Below, in pieces: positions 13,801 to 23,924 of a stretch of 64,000 bases of DNA. Below the pieces are notes generated by a model. It worked only from the letters and a program-made list of their open reading frames with translations. It ran no database searches and was not told the DNA's origin. Each line of letters opens with the position of its first letter. Positions within the stretch are counted from its first letter, which is position 1. Source of the stretch: Phallusia mammillata (lineage: Eukaryota); contig OZ281495.1 of NCBI GenBank assembly GCA_965637545.1, positions 4,154,001 through 4,218,000 of the forward strand. The letters are read 5' to 3'. The translations under genes were made by a program, and so were the position numbers.

Positions 13801-16779
13801 GCGGTATTTGGCAGCACAGTCAAAAACTACCCGCACCTTTCCGGGCTTGTGTGGATTTGTGACAGGGTGATGCGGCAGGTACCATACTACCTCTGCAGAC
13901 TGTTCCTCATTTGGAACTTCTTCGGCATAGCCTTTAGCTATGTAACCCTGTACCGTCTTTGTATACGCATCACGTAGCACGGCGTCGCGTCTCAGGCGAC
14001 GTTCTAAAGAACCCAAACGGTTTAGCGCCATGTCCTGGTTGCACCGAAGCGGTTGTGCGTTCGGGCGCCATGGCAACGGCAACTCATAATGACCTTGCTT
14101 GAATTGCACACTAGTTTTCATTTTATCCAATACGTAACGGTCTTCACGCGACATAGGCATCGCGTCGGCGTTGGTATCTTGAAAGTCGGTCTTCCACATT
14201 CGCTCTAACTTCTCGTGCAGCGAATCATTGGCAACTTGAGTAAAGTTGACGGAAAACAAATCAGTTGACTTGTTAGAGACAGGTCCTGCCAATGCCCATC
14301 CAAGTGGAACCCTGAATGCAATAGGTTGCTTCGATTTTCCCTTCCGTACCTCTTGCACGAGAAAGGCCTCTGGAACGTCTAGCCCGATGAGCAACAAAGC
14401 TTCACTGCAATCTACCTGTGGGAATGACAGGTCTCTAATATGTGGCAGTGCATCCAATTCCGCGTTTCTCGGAAACTTGTTGGCGGTGATAGGCAAACAA
14501 TCAACAGCGAAAACCTCAGGAAGTTCCACTGTTGTAGAGCCATCGAGCGAAGCAACAGATAAATTCACTCTTTCGCCCTCGCGCTTGCGACTGTTCCCGT
14601 TGATCGTTTTAAGCGTCACGTTGCTAGGTTCACCTTGCAGCCCAAGCTTATCTGTCAGTTTCTTGTCGCACAAGGTAATGCCCGAGCCAGTATCTAAAAG
14701 AGCGTAAGTATCAACAGTCCTACCGTTAGCACTGACTTTGACCGCAACCATCATCAAGTTGACGCTCTGTCTACCGGAGGAAGCATGACAGTTCTTTCCA
14801 ATCGCCGACACAACCGAACAAACTGTCCGTTCCGGCGCAGGTCCTTTGACAGGAGACTCGCCCTCTCTCTTCTCTGGCGGATGCAATAAGGTGTGATGGG
14901 CTTCATTGCAGTCCCTGACGGTACACGCTTTGGGGCTGTTGCACTTAGTGGCAAAGTGCCCAAATCTGAAACAATTATCACAGAGTCTACGGCGCCGGGT
15001 GACGCGCAGACGATCGCGGTAAGGTAGGGATTTAAATTCCTCGCACTTAGCAAGCACGTGGTTTCCCGAACAGCACTGGCACAACGGGGTAGTGGGAAAA
15101 TGGGAAGGTCCGGCACGAACCTTCGGCCTAGATTCTTGTTCGCTTACAACGACATGACTGGAAGCCTTTACATGACTACTTTTACCTTTCGCCTTCTTAG
15201 CTTCGTTGCGATGCTCATCGAGCATGCGGCTGAACAGTGAATTTGCAATCCGATCCTCCGTTTCCACAAAGTCCACAAGATGCTCAAACAAAGGTTCACG
15301 GCCAGTATCTCTGAGAATTTTCTCAACACGCCGTTTCCAAGCCTCTTGCATCTTGAACGGTAGACGATTCACAACAGCAATCAACGTGGGGTAATTATTC
15401 ATCTCGGAATGCTCGTCAATGTCTGAAAGTGTAAGTAAACAATCGCGCAGCGACTGCGCAAGCTCGCTCAAACCAGCAGCATCGTTCGGTCGCAATTCTG
15501 GACCGTTGACCACACACCTTACACATGCATGAGCGATTATGTGTGACTTGCCAAAGTGGTCGTACAGTAACTGTCTCGCTTGTTGGTACCCGTTTACCTT
15601 TAGTCTAAAGCAGTGTTCAATCAGTTTACGGGCCTTGCCATCACAATGCTGCGCCAAATACGACAATTTGGCACCATCGTCGTCGACCTTGTCGTCGATA
15701 CGAGAATCGAAATTGCGCACAAACTTCCAATAGTCCATTGGATTGCCATCAAAAACGAGAACCTTAGGCTTCGGTCTGTTTATGTGCTTTACAAGTGATG
15801 CAATCTCATTGTCATGCACGCCAGTTGGCTTGACTGAATCGTATGTACAAATATTATTTACAATTGGGTTTGCTGCGGTAAAGGAACCTCTTTCGTCAAA
15901 CGAAGATTTAATTTTAGGCGCATATTGGGATGGGGACTTCGAAGGAGCAACATAGTCAACCACATACCGCTGGTCAGGAGGGCTTCGCTGCGACGTGACA
16001 GGCGGTGACGTGAACAATACGCGACGTTGATCCCCGAGCGGCTCCTCCGGGGGAGGCGTGGTCGATTTACCAGAACCTTCCTTCACCGTCACGTACTCCG
16101 TGTTTCCTGACATCTCGTCCCAAACTTTCTCTTCAACCTCTGCGGCTTGGAGCTGGTGCTGCAGTTCCAGCATTTCCATTTTGTCCCTTTGACGCTGTTC
16201 TTCTTCAGCACGACGAATTTCTTCTTCGGCGCGACGTCTGTCTTCTTCTGCGCGTCGCATGTTCTCTTCTGCGCGTAGTATATCGGTTTGCCGTTTCATT
16301 ACTTCGTGCTGTCTGGCTAGCTCCTGCTTCTGCGCTGTCTGTTGAATAGCAAGACGCGCAAGCTGCGTAGTAACTTTAACTCTAGTTCTACTGTTAGTGG
16401 AAGAACTAGATCGCCTACTTCGTCCGCAGAAGGAGTCGTTGTCCCTTGGACTCTTATCACCACTTCCACCCGGACTAGCTATGTTAACAGGTAAAGCAAT
16501 GCTAGATGGAGAATTTACCTCACGAATCCAGTGAGAAACTCGGTCATCAAATTCGGCCTTGTTTTTCCTCACGCTAGCTAGTTCGGCGGCAAGATCGGGA
16601 TGCGCCTCGTAGACAGCAACAGCATCCACAAAAAGGTGTTCAAGCGCAACCAAGATCGTCTCGAGCACCTGTTTGTTGCGGTGGTCCTTCATCAGACACT
16701 CGGCGGCTAGATATTGATCATCTAGACGTCGACGACAGTCAGCGATCGCTTCAGGAGTTGTAACGTTTGATTGGCTCAT
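10873..16779 (-). CDS. BEL/Pao gag-pol polyprotein, 1968 aa, uninterrupted
   Basis: Coiled-coil N-terminus; gag core (FDGNPMDYWKF); Cys/His knuckles (CDNCFRFGHFATKC, CTVRDCNEAHHTLLH); aspartic protease LLDTGS; RT YVDD; RNase H FADAS; integrase HDEVGH...CVSC, VGVDYFGP, IYSDNGTNF. Confidence 0.97.
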   Translation of the reverse strand: MSQSNVTTPEAIADCRRRLDDQYLAAECLMKDHRNKQVLETILVALEHLFVDAVAVYEAHPDLAAELASVRKNKAEFDDRVSHWIREVNSPSSIALPVNIASPGGSGDKSPRDNDSFCGRSRRSSSSTNSRTRVKVTTQLARLAIQQTAQKQELARQHEVMKRQTDILRAEENMRRAEEDRRRAEEEIRRAEEEQRQRDKMEMLELQHQLQAAEVEEKVWDEMSGNTEYVTVKEGSGKSTTPPPEEPLGDQRRVLFTSPPVTSQRSPPDQRYVVDYVAPSKSPSQYAPKIKSSFDERGSFTAANPIVNNICTYDSVKPTGVHDNEIASLVKHINRPKPKVLVFDGNPMDYWKFVRNFDSRIDDKVDDDGAKLSYLAQHCDGKARKLIEHCFRLKVNGYQQARQLLYDHFGKSHIIAHACVRCVVNGPELRPNDAAGLSELAQSLRDCLLTLSDIDEHSEMNNYPTLIAVVNRLPFKMQEAWKRRVEKILRDTGREPLFEHLVDFVETEDRIANSLFSRMLDEHRNEAKKAKGKSSHVKASSHVVVSEQESRPKVRAGPSHFPTTPLCQCCSGNHVLAKCEEFKSLPYRDRLRVTRRRRLCDNCFRFGHFATKCNSPKACTVRDCNEAHHTLLHPPEKREGESPVKGPAPERTVCSVVSAIGKNCHASSGRQSVNLMMVAVKVSANGRTVDTYALLDTGSGITLCDKKLTDKLGLQGEPSNVTLKTINGNSRKREGERVNLSVASLDGSTTVELPEVFAVDCLPITANKFPRNAELDALPHIRDLSFPQVDCSEALLLIGLDVPEAFLVQEVRKGKSKQPIAFRVPLGWALAGPVSNKSTDLFSVNFTQVANDSLHEKLERMWKTDFQDTNADAMPMSREDRYVLDKMKTSVQFKQGHYELPLPWRPNAQPLRCNQDMALNRLGSLERRLRRDAVLRDAYTKTVQGYIAKGYAEEVPNEEQSAEVVWYLPHHPVTNPHKPGKVRVVFDCAAKYRDQSLNDALLQGPDLTNSLVGVLSRFRMERVALVADVEAMFHQIRVKLTDCDALRFLWWPDGDVSKKPTAHRMLVHLFGATSSPSCASFCLKQAADDLRSEFPKEVVETVEKNFYVDDCLKSVSTEAEAVQLVKGICALLKKKGFRLTKWLSNSERVLASIDEEERAKSVKELDVDGSSCERVLGVRWNVSSDEFGFNVDVKQPTAYTRRSILSVVSSLYDPLGFAAPVIVVAKTMQRDLCRKQLGWDDVLSDEDSESWAKWLQQLPRLGGVVLPRCVKPHDFGKVRKTELHHFADASSTAYGAVTYLRLVDEQGRIHCSFLIGKARVAPLKTCSIPRLELTAAVVAAKLDRLVRKELQLDECQSVFWTDSTAVLQSIRNCNKRFPVFVANRLAKIEDVSRPSQWRHVSTKVNPADEASRGLSVNKFLRSSRWLTGPQFLWEQEDTWPSCPDLSSLPIEFLLIKKETQTVCLVTSESATDRLIARYSSLNRLKRAVSWLLRFKSMLMSRRFPAKYKVPTGQLTVVELKAAELEIVKYVQRRSFPDVIAAMSKAKGEDVRLPKKKRALGKLNPILVDGVMRVGGRIERACVEFDVKHPMILPYDHRFTDLVIMQQHDEVGHSGMGHTWSSLRQRYWIIKGGVAVRRVLGQCVSCRRRNGPLGKQMMADLPAARLQANKPPFSVVGVDYFGPFLVKQGRSEVKRYGCIFTCFSTRAAHIEIAHSLSTDSFIGALRRFIGRRGRPDQIYSDNGTNFVGAERILREELNRWNQKQIYKYLQQRDIAWSFNPPTASHMGGVWERMIRSVRKILNALLSEQTLSDEKLMTLMVEVEAILNSRPLVPVTFDSKDEEPLTPNHLLLQRAAPNMPPGLFTGKDCFHRNRWRQVQYLADQFWRRWSREYLPTLMPRSKWANGHSNFTVGDIVLVADDNQPRSKWLLGRVTDVLPDRKGVVRQVIVKTHTGALRRPIAKLCLLCRDA

Positions 16780-16828
16780 CTTCGACCGCTTAAATATTTA
16801 ACAAACGGTTAAACTGATCTTCAACACA

Positions 16829-17014
16829 CAGTTGAAGCTTATTTCAAGAAGCAGTTGAAACTTGATTTCAACTGTATTGTTCTGTTCAACGAACAGTTGA
16901 AACTTGATTTCAACTGCAGAGTTGTGTTCAACAACAGTTGAAACTTTCTTGCAGGAAGCAGTTGAAACTTGATTTCAACTGCAGATTGTCTTCAACAGCC
17001 AGTTGAAACTTTCA
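16829..17014 (-). repeat. Array of palindromic repeats in the retrotransposon 5' leader
   Basis: cagttgaaa-cttga-tttcaactg (9-bp stem, 5-nt loop) at 16852-16874, 16894-16916 and 16959-16981; half copies at 16829, 16935 and 17000. Confidence 0.9.
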
Positions 17015-17842
17015 TGTAACGTCCCGTGAACGCGCCCCGGTTATAGCGCGGAACATCACACGAGGAGAGAATTGAAACGCGATTCCTAATAGCCTCCAAC
17101 AACCAGTCCACACAGATAGATGTTTAGCTGATCTTATTAGGCGAATTCTTTGAATGTAGGACGATGAAAACGAATTGGAAACGTATAGGAAACGGTTTCT
17201 GCATAAAGCATGACATTAACACACTGCGCTTTAAATGCAGAAATATAGCACAAATCTTACCAACTGTTGTGGTAACCGGAGAGAGTAAATAGCACGGGTA
17301 TTCAACTCGCATCAATTACTGGTACACACCTAAACATACAATAACATATGTCACCACACTGCGCCTTTATGACGTCACACACAGTTCTTACCAAGCTATG
17401 TTTGGCGACAGTACAGAATAAGTCACGCTTCACGTGAAGATAAAACAGAAATACTGCGTAAACAAAATGCAACTTAAGCATCTTGTCTAAACCCAACTAC
17501 ACGTACAGTACAACTATTACAAAGCGAATGACATATTAAGTCATTGCGGTTAAGTTCACATTCATTACCATAATTCACATTTTAGAGTCATTAAACACAT
17601 ATGTACAAAGTGACTCACCAATAATCGTCAACACGACAATAAATAGCCTTTTCTAATTCAACCGACGCAGCACCGTGCTCCACGGAAGTCAGCAACGAAA
17701 AGAACTAAACCACGTTGCGTTATCACACAAAACTGGCAGTCCATTGTTACGTCACACAACGCAATAGATTACAACACAAGTTGTACTGAGGAAATGCGGG
17801 AATCTATAGAAATCTGCAATTACTGGCAAATAAGATGTAACA
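17015..17842 (-). repeat. 5' LTR of the BEL/Pao element
   Basis: 828-bp copy of 9952-10779, followed by TSD cgcaa. Confidence 0.95.
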
Positions 17843-18102
17843 CGCAACTTGCCGACTTGAAATATAGAAGTAAATAATAATACTTCCGGCATCGTACCAA
17901 TACTATTTCCGGTATTGAGCTAATACTACTTCCGGTATTGAGCTAATACTATAAACGAATCGATAGGAAAGGAACTTCGAATTTTTCGAATTGGGCATTT
18001 TATAATACAAGCTGATTCTGTCGATTATCTGTAAATAAGCGGTAATCGGTAAGTTTGTGCTTTTTATGATTGGCTTGGCTTGAACCCAAAATCTAGTAAT
18101 GC

Positions 18103-18238
18103 GCCAGGATAGTCGAGTGGTTAGGAAAACCGCGTTGAATTTGCAAGTTGTTGGTTCTAATCCTGTCTCGGCCTCTTGTGTTGCTTAAATCCAGAGGATT
18201 GAACTCGCCGTACTCAAGCCCGAAAAATCAAATCAAAT
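18103..18238 (+). mobile_element. tRNA-derived SINE-like element
   Basis: A-box tagtcgagtggtt, B-box ggttctaatcc, imperfect acceptor stem (gccagga/tctcggc), unpaired anticodon arm, short body and aaatcaaatcaaat tail. Confidence 0.55.
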
Positions 18239-18306
18239 AATTCATCCGACGAAACAGACAATTCGTCTACGGTCTCATTGAGCTCGAAGGCGGTCTCATT
18301 TATTAT

Positions 18307-18529
18307 GGTAGAGCTACTAACACTGAGTTTCACCTTTGGCTCGACCTGGGAACTTCTGGTAGGTGGCACAAAAGAGCATAGGCGTTTATGGTGCTGTTAC
18401 AGCAATTTGGGTTTATGGTAAGAATAATTGCCGAGTCAGCAGTACCATAAACGCCTATGTTCTTTTGCGCCACCTTCCAGAAGTTCCCAGGTCGAGCCAA
18501 AGGTGAAACTCAGTGTTAGTAGCTCTACC
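18307..18529. mobile_element. Foldback MITE (223 bp, about 90-bp TIRs, 9-bp TSD); MULE-like or Merlin-like
   Basis: ggtagagctactaacactgagtttcacctttggctcgacctgggaacttctgg... is mirrored at the right end (...ctcagtgttagtagctctacc) with few mismatches; TSD atttattat at 18298-18306 and 18530-18538. Confidence 0.85.
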
Positions 18530-19774
18530 ATTTATTATGTGTCATCAAAAAAGTTAACATTCCGAAAATATCTTTATCCGTTTTGAAACCGTCTGGTATT
18601 CACCCATAATTGTTAGCCGACCGTGACCACAGCTGCGCCGCTTCTAGTGCAGGGTTCGGCAATCTTTTGAACACCGAACGCCATTTCACCTCTTGCCATG
18701 TAAAAATGGCTACGGCGCTTAAATTTTTATGTGTGGGTTTGTCCCTGCTATTTGAGTGATAACCCAATGAATTGTAACCAAATAGCAGACAGATGCCTGT
18801 ATAGGCTGCCTTCCAAACAGTATTATAATAAACCAGGCACAGCAGGCCTAACAGTTTAAATTATATCGAAATTTGTACTTAAATACAAACTATTAAGTTG
18901 TTTGGTTTGCCAGAAGTCAATCAACTCTCGTGCCTATGTTGGTTGACCCCTACAAAAGTGTCATTAAAATTCCCGTCCTTGTCAGGCCCTTTTCTCCTTA
19001 CAAAAGAAACACTTGCGAGCCTATTATATTTCACTCTCTCGTGGCTTTTGTTTTGGCGTAAGTACAGTCAGCAGGTTTGTAGTTGTGTACATGCTATATT
19101 CTCAAATAGATTCATTATTATGATCAATACAGTATAGGTACACTGTAACAGAATATAACACTACACAAAGAAACAGGTCCACTAGGTTTCTGTTTTTTAT
19201 CCAAGGTGTAATTATACCGAGGGAAGCAAAGTTAGATCATGTTTTGTTTTTAGGTCTGAATAAGGTGGCAACTGAAATCCATCAATTGGCTGTTTTGACG
19301 ATAATGAAACCAATAAGAACCACTGTTTAAAATTTTACAGACATAGACCTACATAAAAAAATACTCTCATTGTACGTACCATTTTCACACTTATTTTTTC
19401 AAAGAAAAGTATATTTTAGACTGCTTGTAACAATTGAAACTGCCAGGGATAAAACATAAATGCAAAGTGGCCCATTGTAAGTATTGGCGTTTGTTTGATT
19501 TTCAGTGCACGGCTTTTGTTACTCACCGAAAAGGCAACAAGTTGTGAAAACATCTTTGAAACAGGAACCACTATCTGATACTCGGACAGCGTCAGACGTA
19601 TATCAATGAAACTTACCTGTCCAATGTTTGTCAGTCGGTCAAAGATTTTATCTGAAAAAGAAGCTCACAAGTTGATGTTCTTCTTACATGCAAGTTAACG
19701 TTGGTGCTGCGACCACTACATAGATGCTTTTACTTCAAAATTTTGTGATCGCTTCAGGTCAAACTTGTTGAAGA

Positions 19775-21821
19775 ATGTGGTTTATATTTCAAAAGCTATA
19801 CGACTGGTGGGAATCAATAGGCACTGGGGTAATTATGAGCTATAGTTTATTGTGAAGGAAACTAGATTTACTTGAAACTAAGTGAACATAATAACATTTT
19901 AAAAAAGTTTTAAATTGATGCAAAGTGTGTAAAAAAACCCGGAATACTGACCCTCAAAAGAAAAGCCTTTAAAGTTTGCCCAGCTGCAGGCTAAACCTTA
20001 TGATTCCTTTGTCAAGGGAAAAAAGCTTCAGCTTTTAACGCATATAAAATATTTCTTGTGAGCTTTTTTGAAGTAAATTTAATTCACAAACTTTTCTACT
20101 TAGAAGTGTGGCACATGTGAACCGGATAAAATCAGTTGTTATCTGGGTGAAAGAGGTTCACTTGGCAAAGGCGCATTTGCCTGGGTTCGACTTGGACAGA
20201 TGAACAACGAAGATGTTGCGTTGAAGTGTTTCAACGTGAAATCACAGCCACAAGAAATTCAACAGTCATCTAAAACGTAATACCTAACTTAAACCGAAGC
20301 GTATGTCAATAAGTAGATCTCAGTCACTGAATTTAAACACTAATTGGCATTATTAAATTTCACGCACTAGCGAATTTAGGCACCACGCACATGCATGTTA
20401 ATACAGTTAAACATTGACTGAGGTTTATACTGCCCATTAAACTGATTTTATGTTTAGAATTTGGAACGAGTTCGAAATACTTCGGACGGCAGATCACAAA
20501 AACATAATCAAAACATTCGAACTGACACAATGGGATCGAAACAACTGGATGGCCATTGTGATGGAATACTTGCCATGTGGTGACCTTGCAACGTTATTGT
20601 ACCGCACAAGCGATGGCAAAAGCAACCAAAAATGTGTCATCAGCTTTCCTTTGCGTCTGCGATTGATTTATGAGGTCACAAAAGGGGTGGAGTACCTGCA
20701 CCGTGTTTCTAGAGGGAAGTACATCGCCCATGGTGACCTGAAATGTGACAACGTGTTGCTGACAGCAGATCTCAGATGTAAAATTACTGACTTTGGTTGC
20801 GCGGTTTTAGTTAACAGTAATGATGACCCGAATTTATGTGGTATGTGTCCAGTGCAATTTGCCCTCACGCCCACGTATGCTGCACCAGAGCTTCTCACTG
20901 GTAAGTCTCGTTCGTGTAAGGCGACCGACATTTACAGCTTGGGAATGGTTATTCAGACCGTCCTGTTTCGTTTTTCACCATATTCACACATCATTGAAGG
21001 CATATCGCAGCAGGGCCAGATTTATGAAAAGATTAGGTCCGCCGTTTTAAGTGAAACTGAACCGGTTCCTACGGCCCCACTGGTATACGTTGCTATGGAA
21101 GCCACAATGAGCAGGTGCGTCATCTTGTATATTGAAATGGAAAAAGTGGCAAAGGAATGTCGAAGTTACTCACCAAGAAGCCGACCCAGTGTCAATGATA
21201 TCCGTGAACACTTCGGAGAATTACTAGTACAACATTCCCATACAAGAAAGGAGATCCAATCCATTGCGGAATTGCTAAAAGTCGACTCCCACTTATCTCG
21301 CACTGAAACCGAACTCATTCGACTTACAAATTTTTGCCCCGAAAACGGAGGCTTGCTTCCAGGGCAAAGTATCGAAGCTCCATATTCCCCGTCGGAAGGT
21401 TAGTGACAAAAATATTACTACAAACCGCTGTACAAACACATTTCCGGGATTTAGTTAACACATTTAAACTTAGTTCAATAGTGCTTGTTAATAGATTTAT
21501 CAGAGTTAAGTTAACTGCCTTTGTATTCACCTAACTGGTAAAGTAGGTACAGTGTTTATTCTAAAGTCAAACATTATTTGTCACGCGTGTTTGTTAGGTA
21601 TTAGACCGTTTTTAGCTGTTTGTGAAGTAATAAATTTTGCGTAAGATTTTCCACACATAGTGTTGAGTAACACATTTTTCTACAATCAGATGACAAAGGT
21701 GACTTTCGACAAAGTACATCTGGGAGAAACGCACTCAGGCGCCGACCGAATACGAGGCAAACACAACTGCCTGATGTTCCAAGAGAAAACGTTTCCTATC
21801 TACCAAGCTCGCCAGCGGCAG
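19775..21821 (+). CDS. K1: RIPK-like TKL protein kinase (non-RD); terminal exon unresolved
   Basis: Exons 19775-19828 (MWFIFQKLYDWWESIGTG), 20104-20276 (GKGAFAWV, VALK), 20458-21398 (HGDLKCDN, DFG, TPTYAAPE, DIYSLG; donor gttagt, or read-through stop at 21403), 21690-21821 (phase 1-1 tail exon). Confidence 0.85.
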
Positions 21822-22504
21822 GTCGGTGATTAGGTTACAAATCTGACAAAGGCACCAATGTAACAGGGCAAGCATTCTTTTCAGTGGCCTATATATTAGG
21901 TTTAACACAAAACATTCAGAACATTTTTGTAAATATATGAGGCATGACTTTCTAGCCTGTTTCCGTCTTAACGAACTGGAGTGCTGTGTGTTGGATACAC
22001 TAGCAGCCGATACGGTCTATATCTTGTCATCAGCTGCGCTGATTTTGTAGGTCCAAATAGTGTGCATTGTCTGCATATAGCCATTGTTGGGCTTGATACT
22101 TTTACATTTATAAAAGCATTTCCCCTAACTCATAAAGCCCATTTCATGATTTAAAACAGATATGTTTTACTGTTTACTGAGCATGCAACTTTTTGCGTTT
22201 TATTTGGCCGCTATATTTCTCATATTTAAATCCCTTTATTTTATTTAAATTTCTATGTGACTAACCATCTATTATTTCCAATCGCAGGACGAAACTTGAA
22301 TTACAGCTGCCCTGTGATTTTTTTGTTCGTGGTATGTAAGCAAATTCTTGTCCTTAAGCTGATTTAATACTAGGTATTTTAACCGTATTAATTTGTTTAC
22401 AGTTTGCACTTGTACTGATTTTATTGTGGAATCCTTTTCCGCACATTTCCTACCGGTTGTGGCGCTATTAAGAAGCCGTCGCTCTTGAGTCGAATTAGAA
22501 TTAC

Positions 22505-22637
22505 GGAATTGGCTGAATGGTCTGGCGAGGAAATTGGCCGAATGGTCTGGCGCGCCTGACCCATGAACAGACATAAAAACCCTGCTCGGGATTCGTCCCC
22601 GGGAGAGTCCTGGGTTCGAACCCCGTGAAAAACAAAT
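22505..22637 (+). mobile_element. tRNA-Leu/Ser-like short interspersed element; a related degraded copy lies at about 33297-33400
   Basis: Duplicated A-box tggccgaatggtctggcg, B-box gggttcgaacccc, A-rich end; absent at the aligned position of the paralogous block near 32900; no acceptor stem. Confidence 0.5.
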
Positions 22638-23924
22638 ACCTAATGATTTGAATGCACATATGGTCCAGTTTGTTTAATTTAGTTTGCAGTATGTATACGC
22701 GCTATTGTGTTTATAAATTTTAAATGTTTTGCGTGTTGTGATTATTTTATTTTATATGTTTAGGTCATTTTATCGTGTTTGTTACGATAAATCAATAACC
22801 GATGTAATAGTTTCAGTAAAATGTATTTTGTGATGATTACCCTTATTATTTGTGAAAGATAAACGGAGTAACACAACAGTTTATTAAAAGACATGTAAAA
22901 TTACAGGCATTATACGCTGTTTAAACTTTCAACTTTTGTATTTGTTGCACTTTGCTAATCACATACACAGAAAACTCCCATGCAGGTGGTTAGTTGTTTG
23001 CCATTTATATGGCATGAGGTCTTTTTAGATCTAATAAAAACGTATAGTCTTTTCCATGTTCTGACCAGCAAAAAGGCTTGCTCTTACCCCCGCTTGTTCC
23101 AAAAAATGCCGCTAGTGGTAAAGTTGTAAGTCGGGTTTGAATTTCACTTAATACCATATTAGGCTACATTTGTGTCGTTATTCAGTTTTCGTAAAACTTA
23201 CTTTCGGCCCTAATTCGGGCTTTGTTTTAACAAAGTCTTTGGTCCAGGCCAACTTCGGGATTGTACTTTCGGGTTCACATTTTAATTTCAGGCCAGCTTT
23301 ACAACTCCGGCTCATTGGAACCTTCACGTGGAGTAATGGAAAATCTTAAAATTGCAAGATTGCGTTTGGCATATAAGTCATATTTGCGCGAGATCAGATA
23401 CATTTTAAGTATGCCTCCTATTAACTCTAACTACATTTTACATCGTAACTCGGTCATATTTGTTTTGAATTAGTTGATTTGAATAATGCACTGAAATGTT
23501 CGTATAATTTATCATCACAAAAGCACGTACGGGTTATTTCATCAGATTCAACATGCAGCGGTAGCATAGTTTAGACTGCTTGTAAAAATTGAAACTGCCA
23601 GGAATGAAACATGGATGCAAAGTTGCCAATTGTTAGCATTGACGATTGTTTGTTTTTCAGTTTGTGACTTTCGTTACACACCGAGAGGGAACTAGTTGCG
23701 AAACGATCTTTGAAACAGGAACCAAATACACGGGCAGAAGCGTCAGACGAGTATAAATGAAACTTACCTGTACAATGCTTGTCAGTTGGTCAAAGATTTT
23801 ATGCACAAAGAGCACGTGAATTGATGTTATTCCTACATGAATATTAACGTTGGTGTTGCGACCACTACATAGATGGTTTCATTTCAAAACTTTATGATAG
23901 CATTCAGTTCACAGTCGTTGAAGA

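Larger units (their letters stand above)
9952..17842 (-). mobile_element. Full-length BEL/Pao LTR retrotransposon (7891 bp)
   Basis: Two 828-bp TG...CA LTRs; 5-bp TSD CGCAA at 9947-9951 and 17843-17847; single gag-pol ORF in PR-RT-RH-IN order; PPT next to the 3' LTR. Confidence 0.97.
9828..17869 (+). pseudogene. Relic exon of the gene A/B family (9828-9951 plus 17848-17869), split by the LTR retrotransposon
   Basis: After removing the element and one TSD it reads TSLLETIKCSFFTPLYQGLTLTYIGDDKFHTRAK / HDGQNTQLADLKYR (frameshift, TGA at 9933). This aligns without gaps to gene B exon 48202-48352, AKLLDPEKCTMFNYGKSLSVSVYISNKMFACDWK...VDNLKFE. Confidence 0.5.

Noticed and set aside
11042-15955. 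Many 60-160-aa ORFs overlapping the gag-pol gene
   Set aside because: Antisense or alternate-frame by-products of a long, GC-richer ORF; no motifs.
16829-17014. CRISPR-like palindromic repeats with spacers
   Set aside because: Eukaryotic context inside an LTR-element leader; the spacers are themselves related (ttgt..ttcaac), irregular in length, and no cas genes are present.
10061-17496. Identical small ORF pairs (63 and 64 aa)
   Set aside because: They lie in the two LTRs and only reflect LTR identity.
17907-17951. 23-bp tandem duplication with ETS-like ttccgg cores beside the LTR
   Set aside because: Real duplication, but no evidence of regulatory function.
18103-18172. Functional tRNA gene
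   Set aside because: Acceptor, D and anticodon stems do not pair; followed by a SINE-like body and tail. The same applies to 22505-22637.
18650-18760. hAT element starting cagggttcggcaatc after ttctagtg
   Set aside because: No matching right TIR or TSD found; at best a one-ended remnant.
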